From the NCBI GenBank assembly GCA_001940895.1, contig MSGY01000015.1, positions 85,332 to 149,331 on the forward strand: a stretch of DNA of 64,000 nt. The letters run 5' to 3'. The position numbers and the translations under genes were made by a program. Positions 10,042-19,152 of the stretch are shown in pieces. The notes under the pieces were generated by a model. The model was given only the letters and a program-made list of their open reading frames with translations. It was not told the origin of the DNA and searched no databases. The DNA comes from Christensenellaceae bacterium Phil10. Lineage in GTDB: Bacteria; Bacillota; Clostridia; Christensenellales; CAG-917. Position 1 is the stretch's first letter. Each line of letters opens with the position of its first letter.

Positions 10042-10293
10042 ATGAAAAGAGGGATAGCCGGCTCGATGGAATCCAACGACGCTTTAATTACGGTTAAGGA
10101 GAGCGACAAACTCTCCGTAACCGTAAAAAGCATCGTTTACGATTTCTTTCACGAGCAGATTGAAAAAGTAATATACGATACGCTTGCGGAAAGGGGTATC
10201 GGCAACGTCGAGGTTATTTGCGAAGATAAAGGCGCACTCGATTATACGATTAAGGCACGTCTTCTGACGGCCCTTGACAGAATGGAAGGTTAA
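10042..10293 (+). CDS. citD: Citrate-lyase-type acyl carrier subunit (gamma); probably citramalate lyase ACP
   Basis: 83 aa. 'AGSMESNDALITV' matches the prosthetic-group serine context of CitD. Confidence 0.8.
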   Translation: MKRGIAGSMESNDALITVKESDKLSVTVKSIVYDFFHEQIEKVIYDTLAERGIGNVEVICEDKGALDYTIKARLLTALDRMEG

Positions 10294-10294
10294 A

Positions 10295-11170
10295 ATGAGA
10301 AGAAGTTTGCTGTTTATGCCCGGAAACAACCCGGCAATGCTGCAAAACTCCGACGTATTCGATTGCGACGCGGTCATTTACGACCTCGAGGACGCAGTCA
10401 GCGTGACGGAAAAAGACGCGGCCAGAACACTTGTGGCACAATTTCTTTCCGCTATGAAAAAACAGCCGCCGATGGAAATCGTCGTGCGGATAAACGGGCT
10501 GGATACCGAGTATTGGGAAAAGGACCTCGAAGCGGTGGTATCCGACAAAATCGATTCGATAATGTTGCCCAAAGCCCAGGTACGTTATCTTAAACAACTC
10601 GACGAAGCGCTGTCCGAAATCGAAAGGAAGAAGGGAATGAAAAAACACGTTGCCGTACTTCCCATTATCGAACTTGCAGCGTCGGTTATGGAAATTGACG
10701 ATATAGTCAAAGCGCCTCGCGTAAACGGCGTTTTACTGGGTGCCGAAGACCTTTCGAGCGACCTCGAAGTCGCGAGAACCAAAAAAGGAAACGAAATTCT
10801 GTATCCGCGAATGAAACTGGCATATGCCTGCGCGGCGTACAAAATCGACTCCATAGACACGCCTTTTACCGACACGAACGATAACGAAGGCCTTGCGGAT
10901 GACTGTGCGTTTGCGGCTAATCTCGGATTTACGTCGAAAGCGGCCATACACCCCAATCAGGTGCCCGTTATCAACAGCGTATTCGTGCCTACGGCAAAGA
11001 ATATCGAGTGGGCGCTCAGAGTGGAAGAGGCAACGCGCATTAACGCCGAAAAAGGTCTGGGCGTGTTCAGCCTTGACGGCAAGATGGTCGATAAGCCCGT
11101 TATGGAACGCGCGCGCAAAATACTTGTAAAAGCGCGTAAATATAATCTTATTCAGGAGGATAAGCAATGA
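10295..11170 (+). CDS. citE: Citrate-lyase-type beta subunit (citryl/citramalyl-CoA lyase)
   Basis: I chose ATG 10295, after 'ggaagg', over the TTG at 10274. 'RRSLLFMPGNNPAML...AVIYDLEDAV' is the HpcH/CitE signature. Confidence 0.85.
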   Translation: MRRSLLFMPGNNPAMLQNSDVFDCDAVIYDLEDAVSVTEKDAARTLVAQFLSAMKKQPPMEIVVRINGLDTEYWEKDLEAVVSDKIDSIMLPKAQVRYLKQLDEALSEIERKKGMKKHVAVLPIIELAASVMEIDDIVKAPRVNGVLLGAEDLSSDLEVARTKKGNEILYPRMKLAYACAAYKIDSIDTPFTDTNDNEGLADDCAFAANLGFTSKAAIHPNQVPVINSVFVPTAKNIEWALRVEEATRINAEKGLGVFSLDGKMVDKPVMERARKILVKARKYNLIQEDKQ

Positions 11171-12675
11171 AAAACGCACTTAATCGTTACGTTCCGGAAG
11201 GTTATGTGCCGTTTGAGTCAGCATCTGCCTATAAGAATAAGGAACGCAAATTGATTGCTCCGAAGAAAACTTCCGAAGGATACGAAACTCTCGGAAGTAT
11301 CTCCGATATGTTTGATAGATTGCAGATAAAGGACGGAATGACGTTATCTTTCCATCATCATCTGCGCAACGGCGATTTCGTTCTGAATATGGTCTGCGAG
11401 GAAATAAAACGTCGCGGACTTAAGAATATGAAACTCGCTCCGAGTTCGGTATTTCCCGGAAACGCAATTCTTGCCGAACTCATCGAAAACGAAAACGTAA
11501 CCAAACTCTATACCGATTACGTGAACGGCCCGGTAGCCGACGCTATATGCGCGGGTAAACTTAAAGAATTGTGCGAAATGCACACTCACGGCGGCAGACC
11601 CATGGCAATCGAATCGGGAGCTTTGCATATCGACGTGGCCGTTCTCGGCGTACCCGCCGTCGATAAAAAGGGCAACGGCAGCGGCTTTTCGGGACAAAGC
11701 GCGTGCGGAAGTCTCGGATATGCTGTAAGCGACCTGACGTATGCCGATAAAGTAGTGTTCGTAACCGACAATATCGTGGACAGAATAGACAATCCGCAAC
11801 TTGACGGAAAATACGTCGACTACGTTCTGAAAGTGCCCGCAATAGGCGACCCTTCGGGAATCGTGTCGGGCACGACCAAAATCACGAAAGACCCTGTGGG
11901 CCTCAAAATAGCAAGAAACGCCGCTCAGCTCCTTGACGAAATCGGCTTGATTAAGGACGGAATGTCGATGCAGACGGGCGCCGGCGGCACGAGTCTTGCC
12001 GTTGCGTATTACGTAAGAAACCGTATGCTCGAAAAGGGCGTTAAAGGAAGTTTTGCTTCGGGAGGAATAACGGGATACTTTACCGATATGCTCGAAGAAG
12101 GCCTGCTTGACGAATTGTACGACGTTCAGTGCTTCGACCTTAAAGCGGTGCAATCCATCGGCAGAAACGCTGCCCATCACGCTATGAGCGGTTCGAAATA
12201 CGCAAATCCTTTCGACGATAACGTCGTCGACAAACTGGACTTCGTAATACTCGGCGCGACGGAAATCGACCTCGATTTCAACGTGAACGTTACAACCGAT
12301 TCCCACGGAAAGATTATGGGCGGTTCGGGCGGACACAGCGATACGGCGCACGGCGCGAAGGTTACCGTCATTACGACAAACCTCGTAAAATCCCGTATGC
12401 CGATAATAAAAGAGCACGTTACCACGGTGACGACTCCCGGCGAAGACGTCGACGTCCTCGTAACCGAAAGAGGAATCGCGATAAATCCCCGCCGCACGGA
12501 TTTGCTCGAAAAACTCAGAAACAGCCGTCTGCCCATATGCACGATTGAAGAATTGCTCGAAACGGCATACGGAATTACCGGGCGTCCCGAAAAACCCGCC
12601 GTTACAGACGTACCCGTCGGCGTTGTGGTTTACAGAGACGGCACCGTTATAGACACGATTTACAAAACGAAATAA
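11167..12675 (+). CDS. citF: Citrate-lyase-type alpha subunit (acyl-ACP:substrate CoA-transferase)
   Basis: 502 aa. ATGA overlap with citE. 'LSFHHHLRNGD' and 'MQTGAGGTSLAVA' are CitF-like. Confidence 0.85.
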   Translation: MKNALNRYVPEGYVPFESASAYKNKERKLIAPKKTSEGYETLGSISDMFDRLQIKDGMTLSFHHHLRNGDFVLNMVCEEIKRRGLKNMKLAPSSVFPGNAILAELIENENVTKLYTDYVNGPVADAICAGKLKELCEMHTHGGRPMAIESGALHIDVAVLGVPAVDKKGNGSGFSGQSACGSLGYAVSDLTYADKVVFVTDNIVDRIDNPQLDGKYVDYVLKVPAIGDPSGIVSGTTKITKDPVGLKIARNAAQLLDEIGLIKDGMSMQTGAGGTSLAVAYYVRNRMLEKGVKGSFASGGITGYFTDMLEEGLLDELYDVQCFDLKAVQSIGRNAAHHAMSGSKYANPFDDNVVDKLDFVILGATEIDLDFNVNVTTDSHGKIMGGSGGHSDTAHGAKVTVITTNLVKSRMPIIKEHVTTVTTPGEDVDVLVTERGIAINPRRTDLLEKLRNSRLPICTIEELLETAYGITGRPEKPAVTDVPVGVVVYRDGTVIDTIYKTK

Positions 12676-12689
12676 ACCGGAGGTATTAA

Positions 12690-13697
12690 GTGGTTATCAA
12701 AGACGCCGTTCTTGAATCGGAAAAAACAAGAATAAAGGAATTTCTTGCGTCGGCCGGTCTCGAATACGAACAGAATATCGACAGAACCATTTATATCGAG
12801 GACGAAGGCGATATCGTCGGCACGGCTTCGACGGCAGGATATATCATAAAATGCGTTGCCGTGCTGCCCGATTACCGCGGAGAAAACCTTGCGGGAATGC
12901 TCGTCGGGGAAATTCTGAAACGTCTAAACGACGACGGAATTTATTATTATCAGGTATTCACGAAACCCGAATACCGCGCGGTTTTTCAGAGTTTCGGTTT
13001 TACGGAAATACTCGATACCGACAAAGTATCCGTACTCGAGGGCGGCGACGGCAATATAAACGCTTCTCTCGACAAGATAAAAAAACAGGTTTATTTCAAT
13101 CTCGGGATAAATCTCGAAAATACGGGCGCAGACATTGCGTGCATAGTGCTTAACGGAGACCCGTTTACCGAAGGTCATCTGAGACTTGCGGAATACGCAT
13201 TGAACAAACACAGGTATCTTATCGTGTTCGTGCTTGAAGAAGAAGGGTCCTATTTCAGTTTCAAGGAAAGATACGCGCTCGTATATCTGACGCTCAAACC
13301 TTACGAGAACGTTCTGGTTCTGCCGTCGACGAAATATATCGTGTCCCGCGCGACTTTCCCGGGATATTTCCTGAAGTCCGTCGACGAAACCACCGAGCAG
13401 TACGCCGAATACGACGCTACCGTATTCAAAAAATACTTTATGCCCAACCTCAGCATAAAGAAAAGATACGTCGGAAGCGAAACTTCCGATTATATGAAGA
13501 TTTACAACGAAAAGCTTAAAGACGTCCTCGGCGACAAAGTCGAAGAAGTCGAACGTTTTACCGAAAAAGGTAACGTAATATCCGCTAAAACGGTAAGAGA
13601 ATTGATTAAAGAGGGCAACGTGGACGCCGCAGCGGAATATATACCCGAATCTACGAGACAACTGTTCCGCGCCCTCGTGGAAACGCATCATGAGTAA
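12690..13697 (+). CDS. citC: [Citrate-lyase-type] ACP acetate ligase
   Basis: GTG start after 'ggagg'. It has an N-terminal GNAT-like part and the nucleotidyltransferase motif 'NGDPFTEGH'. Confidence 0.85.
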   Translation: MVIKDAVLESEKTRIKEFLASAGLEYEQNIDRTIYIEDEGDIVGTASTAGYIIKCVAVLPDYRGENLAGMLVGEILKRLNDDGIYYYQVFTKPEYRAVFQSFGFTEILDTDKVSVLEGGDGNINASLDKIKKQVYFNLGINLENTGADIACIVLNGDPFTEGHLRLAEYALNKHRYLIVFVLEEEGSYFSFKERYALVYLTLKPYENVLVLPSTKYIVSRATFPGYFLKSVDETTEQYAEYDATVFKKYFMPNLSIKKRYVGSETSDYMKIYNEKLKDVLGDKVEEVERFTEKGNVISAKTVRELIKEGNVDAAAEYIPESTRQLFRALVETHHE

Positions 13698-14943
13698 CGC
13701 GGGAGAAATTCTTGCGGCACGCGAAAGACGCCGCAATATAGTAACCGGAATATCTATGAAAGACGGCGCAGTTACCGTCCGGGCGAATATTCCGGGGCCC
13801 GATAAGGGAATAGCCGAAAGCTATCTTATCGTAAGACATTTCGCGTCGATAATGGCAGACATTATAGCGGCAAAACCCGTTTTGCTTGACGGCGCGGACG
13901 GTCCCGCGGTGATATTCGACAGCGAACCCGAAGGCATTAAACGTATTGCGGTTGAACTTGAAGAAAAACACGAAATCGGCAGATTCGTCGATATTGACGT
14001 TTTCGGAAAGAATTGCGACAAAAGCGTATCGAGAGGATATATGCGCAAGTGTTATATCTGCGGACAGCCCGCATTCGTATGCAGTCGCAACAAGACGCAT
14101 CCGACGGAACGGTTACTTACCGTACTGAGAAGTTACACCCGCTCGTACTTCTCGAAAAAAGTCGCTCAATGCGTCAAAGAAGGTCTGATGGACGAACTGA
14201 ACCTCGAAAACAAATTCGGTTTGGTAACCCCTACGTCGCGCGGCTCGCACAAAGACCTCAATTACGACGTGATGCAATACGCTCAAAGCGCGATTATACC
14301 TTATCTTACCGAGATGTTCTTTATAGGTCTGGACGCAAACGAGCCCGGACAGATAATGGAAAGGATACGGAAAAAAGGAATAAGCGCCGAAAAAGCGATG
14401 TATGCCGCTACGAACGGAGCGAACGCCTATAAAGGTTTTATATTCGTCGGAGGCGTTCTGCTTTCTGCGGCGGGATATACGCTCGGAAGGGCGTCGGGAA
14501 ACGTGTTTGCAAACGTTGAAAAAATATGCGCCGATATTTTGGGAGATTTCGAAAAATATCCCGATTCTTTCGGAGCGCAGGCATATAAGACGATGGGAGT
14601 TACCGGCGTACGAGGCCACGCGATAGCGGGATTCCCCGTCGTCGAGAAGGCTATGAAAATGATTGAAGACGACGAGTCGTCTAAAAACCTTCTCAAAACG
14701 CTGGCATACGTGGTCGGAGAAATCGACGATACCGTTCTTCTTAAAAGAAGCGGAGACGTCGAAACGTACCGTCGTTATAAGGAATTGATATCCACGGTAA
14801 GCACCGACGACGACAAGGCCGTGTCCGCGCTTACGGACGACTGCGTGGCCCACAACATAAGTATAGGAGGAAGCGCAGACGTGCTTGCCGCCGCAATAAT
14901 GATGAAAAAGTTATCGAAATTGTTTTATTGCGATTTCAGTTAA
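13690..14943 (+). CDS. citXG: Fused CitX/CitG (holo-ACP synthase + triphosphoribosyl-dephospho-CoA synthase)
   Basis: 417 aa with an 8-nt overlap with citC. The N-terminal ~170 aa are CitX-like. The C-terminal part, with 'TPTSRGSHKDLNYDVM' and 'TNGANAYKGFIFVGG', is CitG-like. Confidence 0.8.
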   Translation: MSNAGEILAARERRRNIVTGISMKDGAVTVRANIPGPDKGIAESYLIVRHFASIMADIIAAKPVLLDGADGPAVIFDSEPEGIKRIAVELEEKHEIGRFVDIDVFGKNCDKSVSRGYMRKCYICGQPAFVCSRNKTHPTERLLTVLRSYTRSYFSKKVAQCVKEGLMDELNLENKFGLVTPTSRGSHKDLNYDVMQYAQSAIIPYLTEMFFIGLDANEPGQIMERIRKKGISAEKAMYAATNGANAYKGFIFVGGVLLSAAGYTLGRASGNVFANVEKICADILGDFEKYPDSFGAQAYKTMGVTGVRGHAIAGFPVVEKAMKMIEDDESSKNLLKTLAYVVGEIDDTVLLKRSGDVETYRRYKELISTVSTDDDKAVSALTDDCVAHNISIGGSADVLAAAIMMKKLSKLFYCDFS

Positions 14944-14973
14944 CGATAAAAATCTGTAAAGGAGAGAAGATTT

Positions 14974-16953
14974 ATGAAAAACAGAAAAAAACTGCTTGCA
15001 GTATCGGTATTGCTTGTTTTCGTTTTCACGATGATTTTTGCGGTTGCCTGCAAAAAGGTCGATGACGGCAAAAACAACGGCAACGTCGCCGACAGATACG
15101 ACGACGAAAGCGTGTATACCGATCTGAGCGTCCGCGAATCGACGGGTACTCACGGCGCGGTAGCTTCCGCTAACGCATACGCAAGTAAAGCGGGTTACGA
15201 CATTCTCAAAGCGGGCGGAAACGCCTTCGACGCGGCCGTTGCCGTGGCTTTCGCAATCGGCGTAACCGAGCCTTATGCGTCGGGTATCGGCGGAGGTGGC
15301 GTTATGACCGCTTACGACGCGAAGACCCAACAGTATCATTATTATAATTTCCGCGAATTCCTCTCTGCGGCAAGCACTCTCGAAGCTTTCCAGAAAGCAG
15401 GCCTTTCTTCCATTCCCACCACCGGTATTTATTCGGTCGGCGTTCCTACTGAAGTTGCGGGTCTGTGCGCGATAGTCGAAGATTTCGGAACGAAAACGCT
15501 TGCCGAAGTAATAGCTCCCGCTATCAAACTCGCTGCCGAAGGATTTACCATCAAGGAAGGTCTTGCAAACGAAATTTCCAACGGTTACGACAACTTCCAG
15601 ATGTACGGAAGCGACGAGGCTTTCAATATTTACTCGGATGAGGACGGAATCGAGGCTCTGAAAACCGGCGACACTCTGATTCAGTCAAACTATGCCGAAG
15701 TTCTTAAATCCATTGCCGAGAACGGCGCGGCCGGTTTCTACACCGGATGGGTTGCTGACGCTATCGTTGCCGCTTCCGACGCAAATAACGGTTTTATCAC
15801 GCACGACGACCTTATTTACGCAATGAACAACTATCCCAAGAAGGAACAGCCCCTGCACACCAACGTGTTCGGTTATGACATTTACACTTCCAATACTCCT
15901 TCTTCGGGCGGCGTAATACTTATCGAGGCGCTTAACGCAATCGAATATTACTGCAGGAAAAACAACACGACATTGCAACAAATCGGCTACAACAGCGCCG
16001 AATATCTGCACGTTATCAACACCGCGATGCAGCTCGGTTTTGCCGACAAACGCAAATACGTCGCCGACAACGACGTAAGCCCTGTTACCGGCACGCAATT
16101 CGTTAACGTACCTCTCGAAGGTCTTGCAAGCAAAGAATACGCACAACAGCGTTGGGACGCAATTTATAAAGAAAACGACGTGTTTATCGCAACCAGCGGT
16201 TACGACTGGGGCGGAGCTTCCCGCAGCGATAACTACAGCGGCCGTTACGCCGACGACCTGAGCCCGTTCACGTTCCAGACCACGGGCGGCGCTACTTCCG
16301 CCGAAGCGGTGGACGTAGACGACAGCGGCACGACTTCCTTCTCCGTTGCGGACAGCGAAGGCAACATCGTAAGTTTCACTCAGACACTCAATCACTTCTG
16401 GGGTTCCTACATTATGCCCGAGAACTGCGGCTTTATGCTTAACGACCAGTGCACGAGCTTTACCATCAAGACGCCCGCACAGAGCGTTCACTACGTTGCT
16501 CCTTACAAACAGCCCGTATCGCACATTATGCCTACCATTATTCTTAAAGACGGCAAACCTTTCGCAACTCTCGGCTCGCCGGGCAGTATGAGAATTCCCG
16601 CGGCGGTTCTTCAGGTTGCTCTCAATATGATGGAATTCGGTATGGATATTCAGTCGGCAATCAATGCGGACAGAACTTACAACTATGCGGTATCGACGGC
16701 CGACAGCAACTCGATGTCGGGCGGAGCCACTTATCTCACGCATAAACTGATGTATCTCGAAACGTCGCAACTCGACGCCGCCACCGTCGATGCGTTGAAG
16801 GCAAAGAATTACTATATCGTCGAATACAAAAAGACGAATCTGTATTTCGGCGGCGTACAGGGCATTAAGTTCAATTACGACAACAACGGTAATTTCACAA
16901 GCATAACCGGCGGTGCCGACCCGCGCCGTGACGGTAAAGCGCTGGCTTACTAA
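14974..16953 (+). CDS. ggt: Gamma-glutamyltransferase family lipoprotein
   Basis: 659 aa. Signal peptide plus lipobox 'IFAVAC'. Motifs 'THGAVASANAYASKAGYDILKAGGNAFDAAVA', 'ASGIGGGG' and the nucleophile context 'DSGTTSFSVADSEGNIVSFTQTLN'. It starts 30 nt after citXG with RBS 'aaaggagag'. Confidence 0.85.
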   Translation: MKNRKKLLAVSVLLVFVFTMIFAVACKKVDDGKNNGNVADRYDDESVYTDLSVRESTGTHGAVASANAYASKAGYDILKAGGNAFDAAVAVAFAIGVTEPYASGIGGGGVMTAYDAKTQQYHYYNFREFLSAASTLEAFQKAGLSSIPTTGIYSVGVPTEVAGLCAIVEDFGTKTLAEVIAPAIKLAAEGFTIKEGLANEISNGYDNFQMYGSDEAFNIYSDEDGIEALKTGDTLIQSNYAEVLKSIAENGAAGFYTGWVADAIVAASDANNGFITHDDLIYAMNNYPKKEQPLHTNVFGYDIYTSNTPSSGGVILIEALNAIEYYCRKNNTTLQQIGYNSAEYLHVINTAMQLGFADKRKYVADNDVSPVTGTQFVNVPLEGLASKEYAQQRWDAIYKENDVFIATSGYDWGGASRSDNYSGRYADDLSPFTFQTTGGATSAEAVDVDDSGTTSFSVADSEGNIVSFTQTLNHFWGSYIMPENCGFMLNDQCTSFTIKTPAQSVHYVAPYKQPVSHIMPTIILKDGKPFATLGSPGSMRIPAAVLQVALNMMEFGMDIQSAINADRTYNYAVSTADSNSMSGGATYLTHKLMYLETSQLDAATVDALKAKNYYIVEYKKTNLYFGGVQGIKFNYDNNGNFTSITGGADPRRDGKALAY

Positions 16954-17231
16954 AATAACCCTATCGGTTATCACTATTGATTTACACGGCGGTCGGAGCG
17001 CCTTTCTGGGCGCTCCGGCGAAAGCCGTTAAACGAATACACGAAATCGCCTCGAGGCGACGTAGAAACCGAAAACCGAAAATAATTTTGTTACACATATA
17101 TCCGTTTCGTGCGTTCTGCGGCTTGTCGCAAACGGACAGCCGTGCATACGGACGGGCGAACGGGAAAGACAAACGCCGTCCGGCGATAAATCGCCCGACC
17201 GGCATAACGATCAGTTACTCAGGAGGAACAG

Positions 17232-18971
17232 ATGTTTTTACAGATTGAACTTTTATACTTTGTACTGATGATAGCGACGTTCATAGCGTTGGTTCTCGCG
17301 GCCAAAATGCCGTCGGGACTCAGCCTTATGATTTCCGCAATCGTCGGTGCTGTATTCTCCGCGATAATATCCAAGACTCCCTTCGAACTCAGATACTTTG
17401 TCGAAGGCGCTTTCGGATATTTCGATACGATTCTGGTTATTACGGCGGCCATGATATTTATGGGGGCCATGCAGGCGAGCGGCGCGCTTGAATACATAAG
17501 CGCATTGCTCGTAAGGACGTTCAGACGCGTACCGGCATTGTTGCTTATATCTTTTATGATAATAATAATGTTCCCCGCTATGGTTACCGGCTCTTCGCTG
17601 GCCTCCGCCATTTCCGCGGGTGCCCTCGTCGCGCCGATAATGATTAAGTGGGGCATCCCCAAATCCAAGACAGGCGCAATCGTAGCGCTCGGTTCCGTAC
17701 TCGGAATGGTGGCGCCTCCCGTCAACGTACCCGCAATGGTTATCTGTGACGTCGTTGATATTCCATATACGGGATTTACTCTCCCGCTTCTGTTGCTTGC
17801 ATTCCCGCTTGCGATCGTAGGAGTTCTTCTTATAGGAAGAAAATACGTCAAACCCTTATCGAAAGAAGAGGTCGATTGCGTTGTCGATACGTCCGTTCTC
17901 AAAGAACTCAACTGGACGGTCTGCATTCCCGTAATCGTGCTTATCGCTTTGATTATCTGCGAGATTATATGGCCGAAAATTTTCGGAAGTCTCGCGATGC
18001 CCGCTATGTTCCTTATCGCAACTATAATCAGTTTCTTCGTCGGAAGAAAACTTCCGTTCTGGGTAAGCCCCAAAAAGCGTAAAGCAAAAGCCGAAGAAGA
18101 GGGGATTACCGTCGATGAATACAAAGAAAGAATCGATAAGAACGAAAAACCCGACAGCGTCGTCGGAGTGTTCAGCCAGGGCGTACACAAATCGTTTTCG
18201 GCAATGGGACTTCTGATGGGCGTAGGCATGTTTATGGAAGTAATCGCATCAAACGGCGTGCGCGGATTCTTCGTTATCAACGCCATAAGCCTTCCCAACG
18301 CATGGAAATACGTCGGAATGGCGCTGACTCTGCCCATATTCGGCGGTGTATCGGCATTCGGCTCCGCGTCCATTCTCGGCGGTCCGTTCGTAATGGCTCT
18401 TAACGGAATTGCGGACAATATTATCGTTACGGCAGGTCTGTCGTTGCTTGCCGCCGTCGGCGAATTTTTGCCGCCTACGGCAATGTCCGCCTCGTTCGCG
18501 GCAAATATCGTCGGCGAAAAGAAATGGAGTAAAATTACCAAAGCCGCTTTACCCGCTCTTCTCGTAATGTACGTTTACGGCATAATTTTCGTGCTCGCTT
18601 TCGGAAAGGCGGTGCAGATGAAATCGATGGGCGCGAATACCACGCTTTATCTGTTCCTCATTATGATTGCGATAGCAATTCTGTTTGCGGTAATATGGGA
18701 AGTTCTCGTTCGTAAGGTGCGTTTCTTCAGCAAATGCGCATATCAGGTAGGCACCGAAAGCACGCCTTTCGGAGTCGAAGGCGAAAACGCCGCATCGGAA
18801 AACGTAGAGGAAGCGGTTGAACGGATAGCCGACGAAAGTCCTCTTGCGGTAACCGACGAAAAAACGGACGAAAACGCCGATACCCCCGCTCCTGCCGTGA
18901 GCGAAGAAGAGGTAAGCCCCGACGACGAGGGCGCAGACAATAACGATAATACCGATAAGGAGGATAAATAA
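17232..18971 (+). CDS. DctM-like (TRAP large-subunit type) permease with an inserted charged loop and acidic C-terminal tail; no DctQ/DctP partner nearby
   Basis: 579 aa, polytopic. The segment 'FGYFDTILVITAAMIFMGAMQASGALEYISALLV...MVTGSSLASAISAGALVAPIMIKWG...GSVLGMVAPPVNVPAMV' follows the DctM pattern (G..dsf.ll.IpfFilaG..m..sG...rl...SGS..A...A.G....P.M...G...PPS.p). RBS 'aggagg'. Confidence 0.6.
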   Translation: MFLQIELLYFVLMIATFIALVLAAKMPSGLSLMISAIVGAVFSAIISKTPFELRYFVEGAFGYFDTILVITAAMIFMGAMQASGALEYISALLVRTFRRVPALLLISFMIIIMFPAMVTGSSLASAISAGALVAPIMIKWGIPKSKTGAIVALGSVLGMVAPPVNVPAMVICDVVDIPYTGFTLPLLLLAFPLAIVGVLLIGRKYVKPLSKEEVDCVVDTSVLKELNWTVCIPVIVLIALIICEIIWPKIFGSLAMPAMFLIATIISFFVGRKLPFWVSPKKRKAKAEEEGITVDEYKERIDKNEKPDSVVGVFSQGVHKSFSAMGLLMGVGMFMEVIASNGVRGFFVINAISLPNAWKYVGMALTLPIFGGVSAFGSASILGGPFVMALNGIADNIIVTAGLSLLAAVGEFLPPTAMSASFAANIVGEKKWSKITKAALPALLVMYVYGIIFVLAFGKAVQMKSMGANTTLYLFLIMIAIAILFAVIWEVLVRKVRFFSKCAYQVGTESTPFGVEGENAASENVEEAVERIADESPLAVTDEKTDENADTPAPAVSEEEVSPDDEGADNNDNTDKEDK

Positions 18972-19136
18972 ATGCAAGTTTATTACACAATATTGCAGGT
19001 AGTATATATTGCCTTTGCCGTGGTTATAGCCGCGCTTATCGGTTGGAACGTATTCAAGTCCAAAAAAATTACGGATAAAGTAATCGGCGCAATCGCTCTG
19101 ATAATGTTTATCCTTCGCATTCTGTTGATTAAGTAG
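18972..19136 (+). CDS. 54-aa two-helix membrane miniprotein (absent from the supplied ORF track)
   Basis: ATG directly abuts the permease stop codon. It translates to MQVYYTILQVVYIAFAVVIAALIGWNVFKSKKITDKVIGAIALIMFILRILLIK, which is two hydrophobic helices joined by a basic loop. Confidence 0.45.
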   Translation: MQVYYTILQVVYIAFAVVIAALIGWNVFKSKKITDKVIGAIALIMFILRILLIK

Positions 19137-19152
19137 AGGGGAGGCGGAGTAT

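Noticed and set aside
10042-14943. Reading citDEF-citC-citXG as a genuine citrate-fermentation locus
   Set aside because: No citrate transporter, oxaloacetate decarboxylase or citrate-responsive regulator is nearby, and the genes are fused to the methylaspartate operon. Citramalate lyase is the more economical reading, but sequence alone cannot discriminate.
15685-17205. 506-aa ORF on the minus strand, antisense to ggt
   Set aside because: This is a shadow ORF of a strongly supported + strand gene. It has odd Arg/Val/Ala-rich composition, no RBS and no recognisable motifs.
16913-17248. 111-aa ORF spanning the ggt-permease leader
   Set aside because: It starts inside ggt and ends inside the permease gene. 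It is extremely Arg/Lys-rich and has no RBS. The region is better explained as structured RNA.
17219-18541. 440-aa ORF on the minus strand, antisense to the DctM-like permease
   Set aside because: It is Ile/Ala/Thr/Pro/Ser-rich, the mirror image of a membrane-protein gene. The + strand ORF has a perfect RBS and family motifs.
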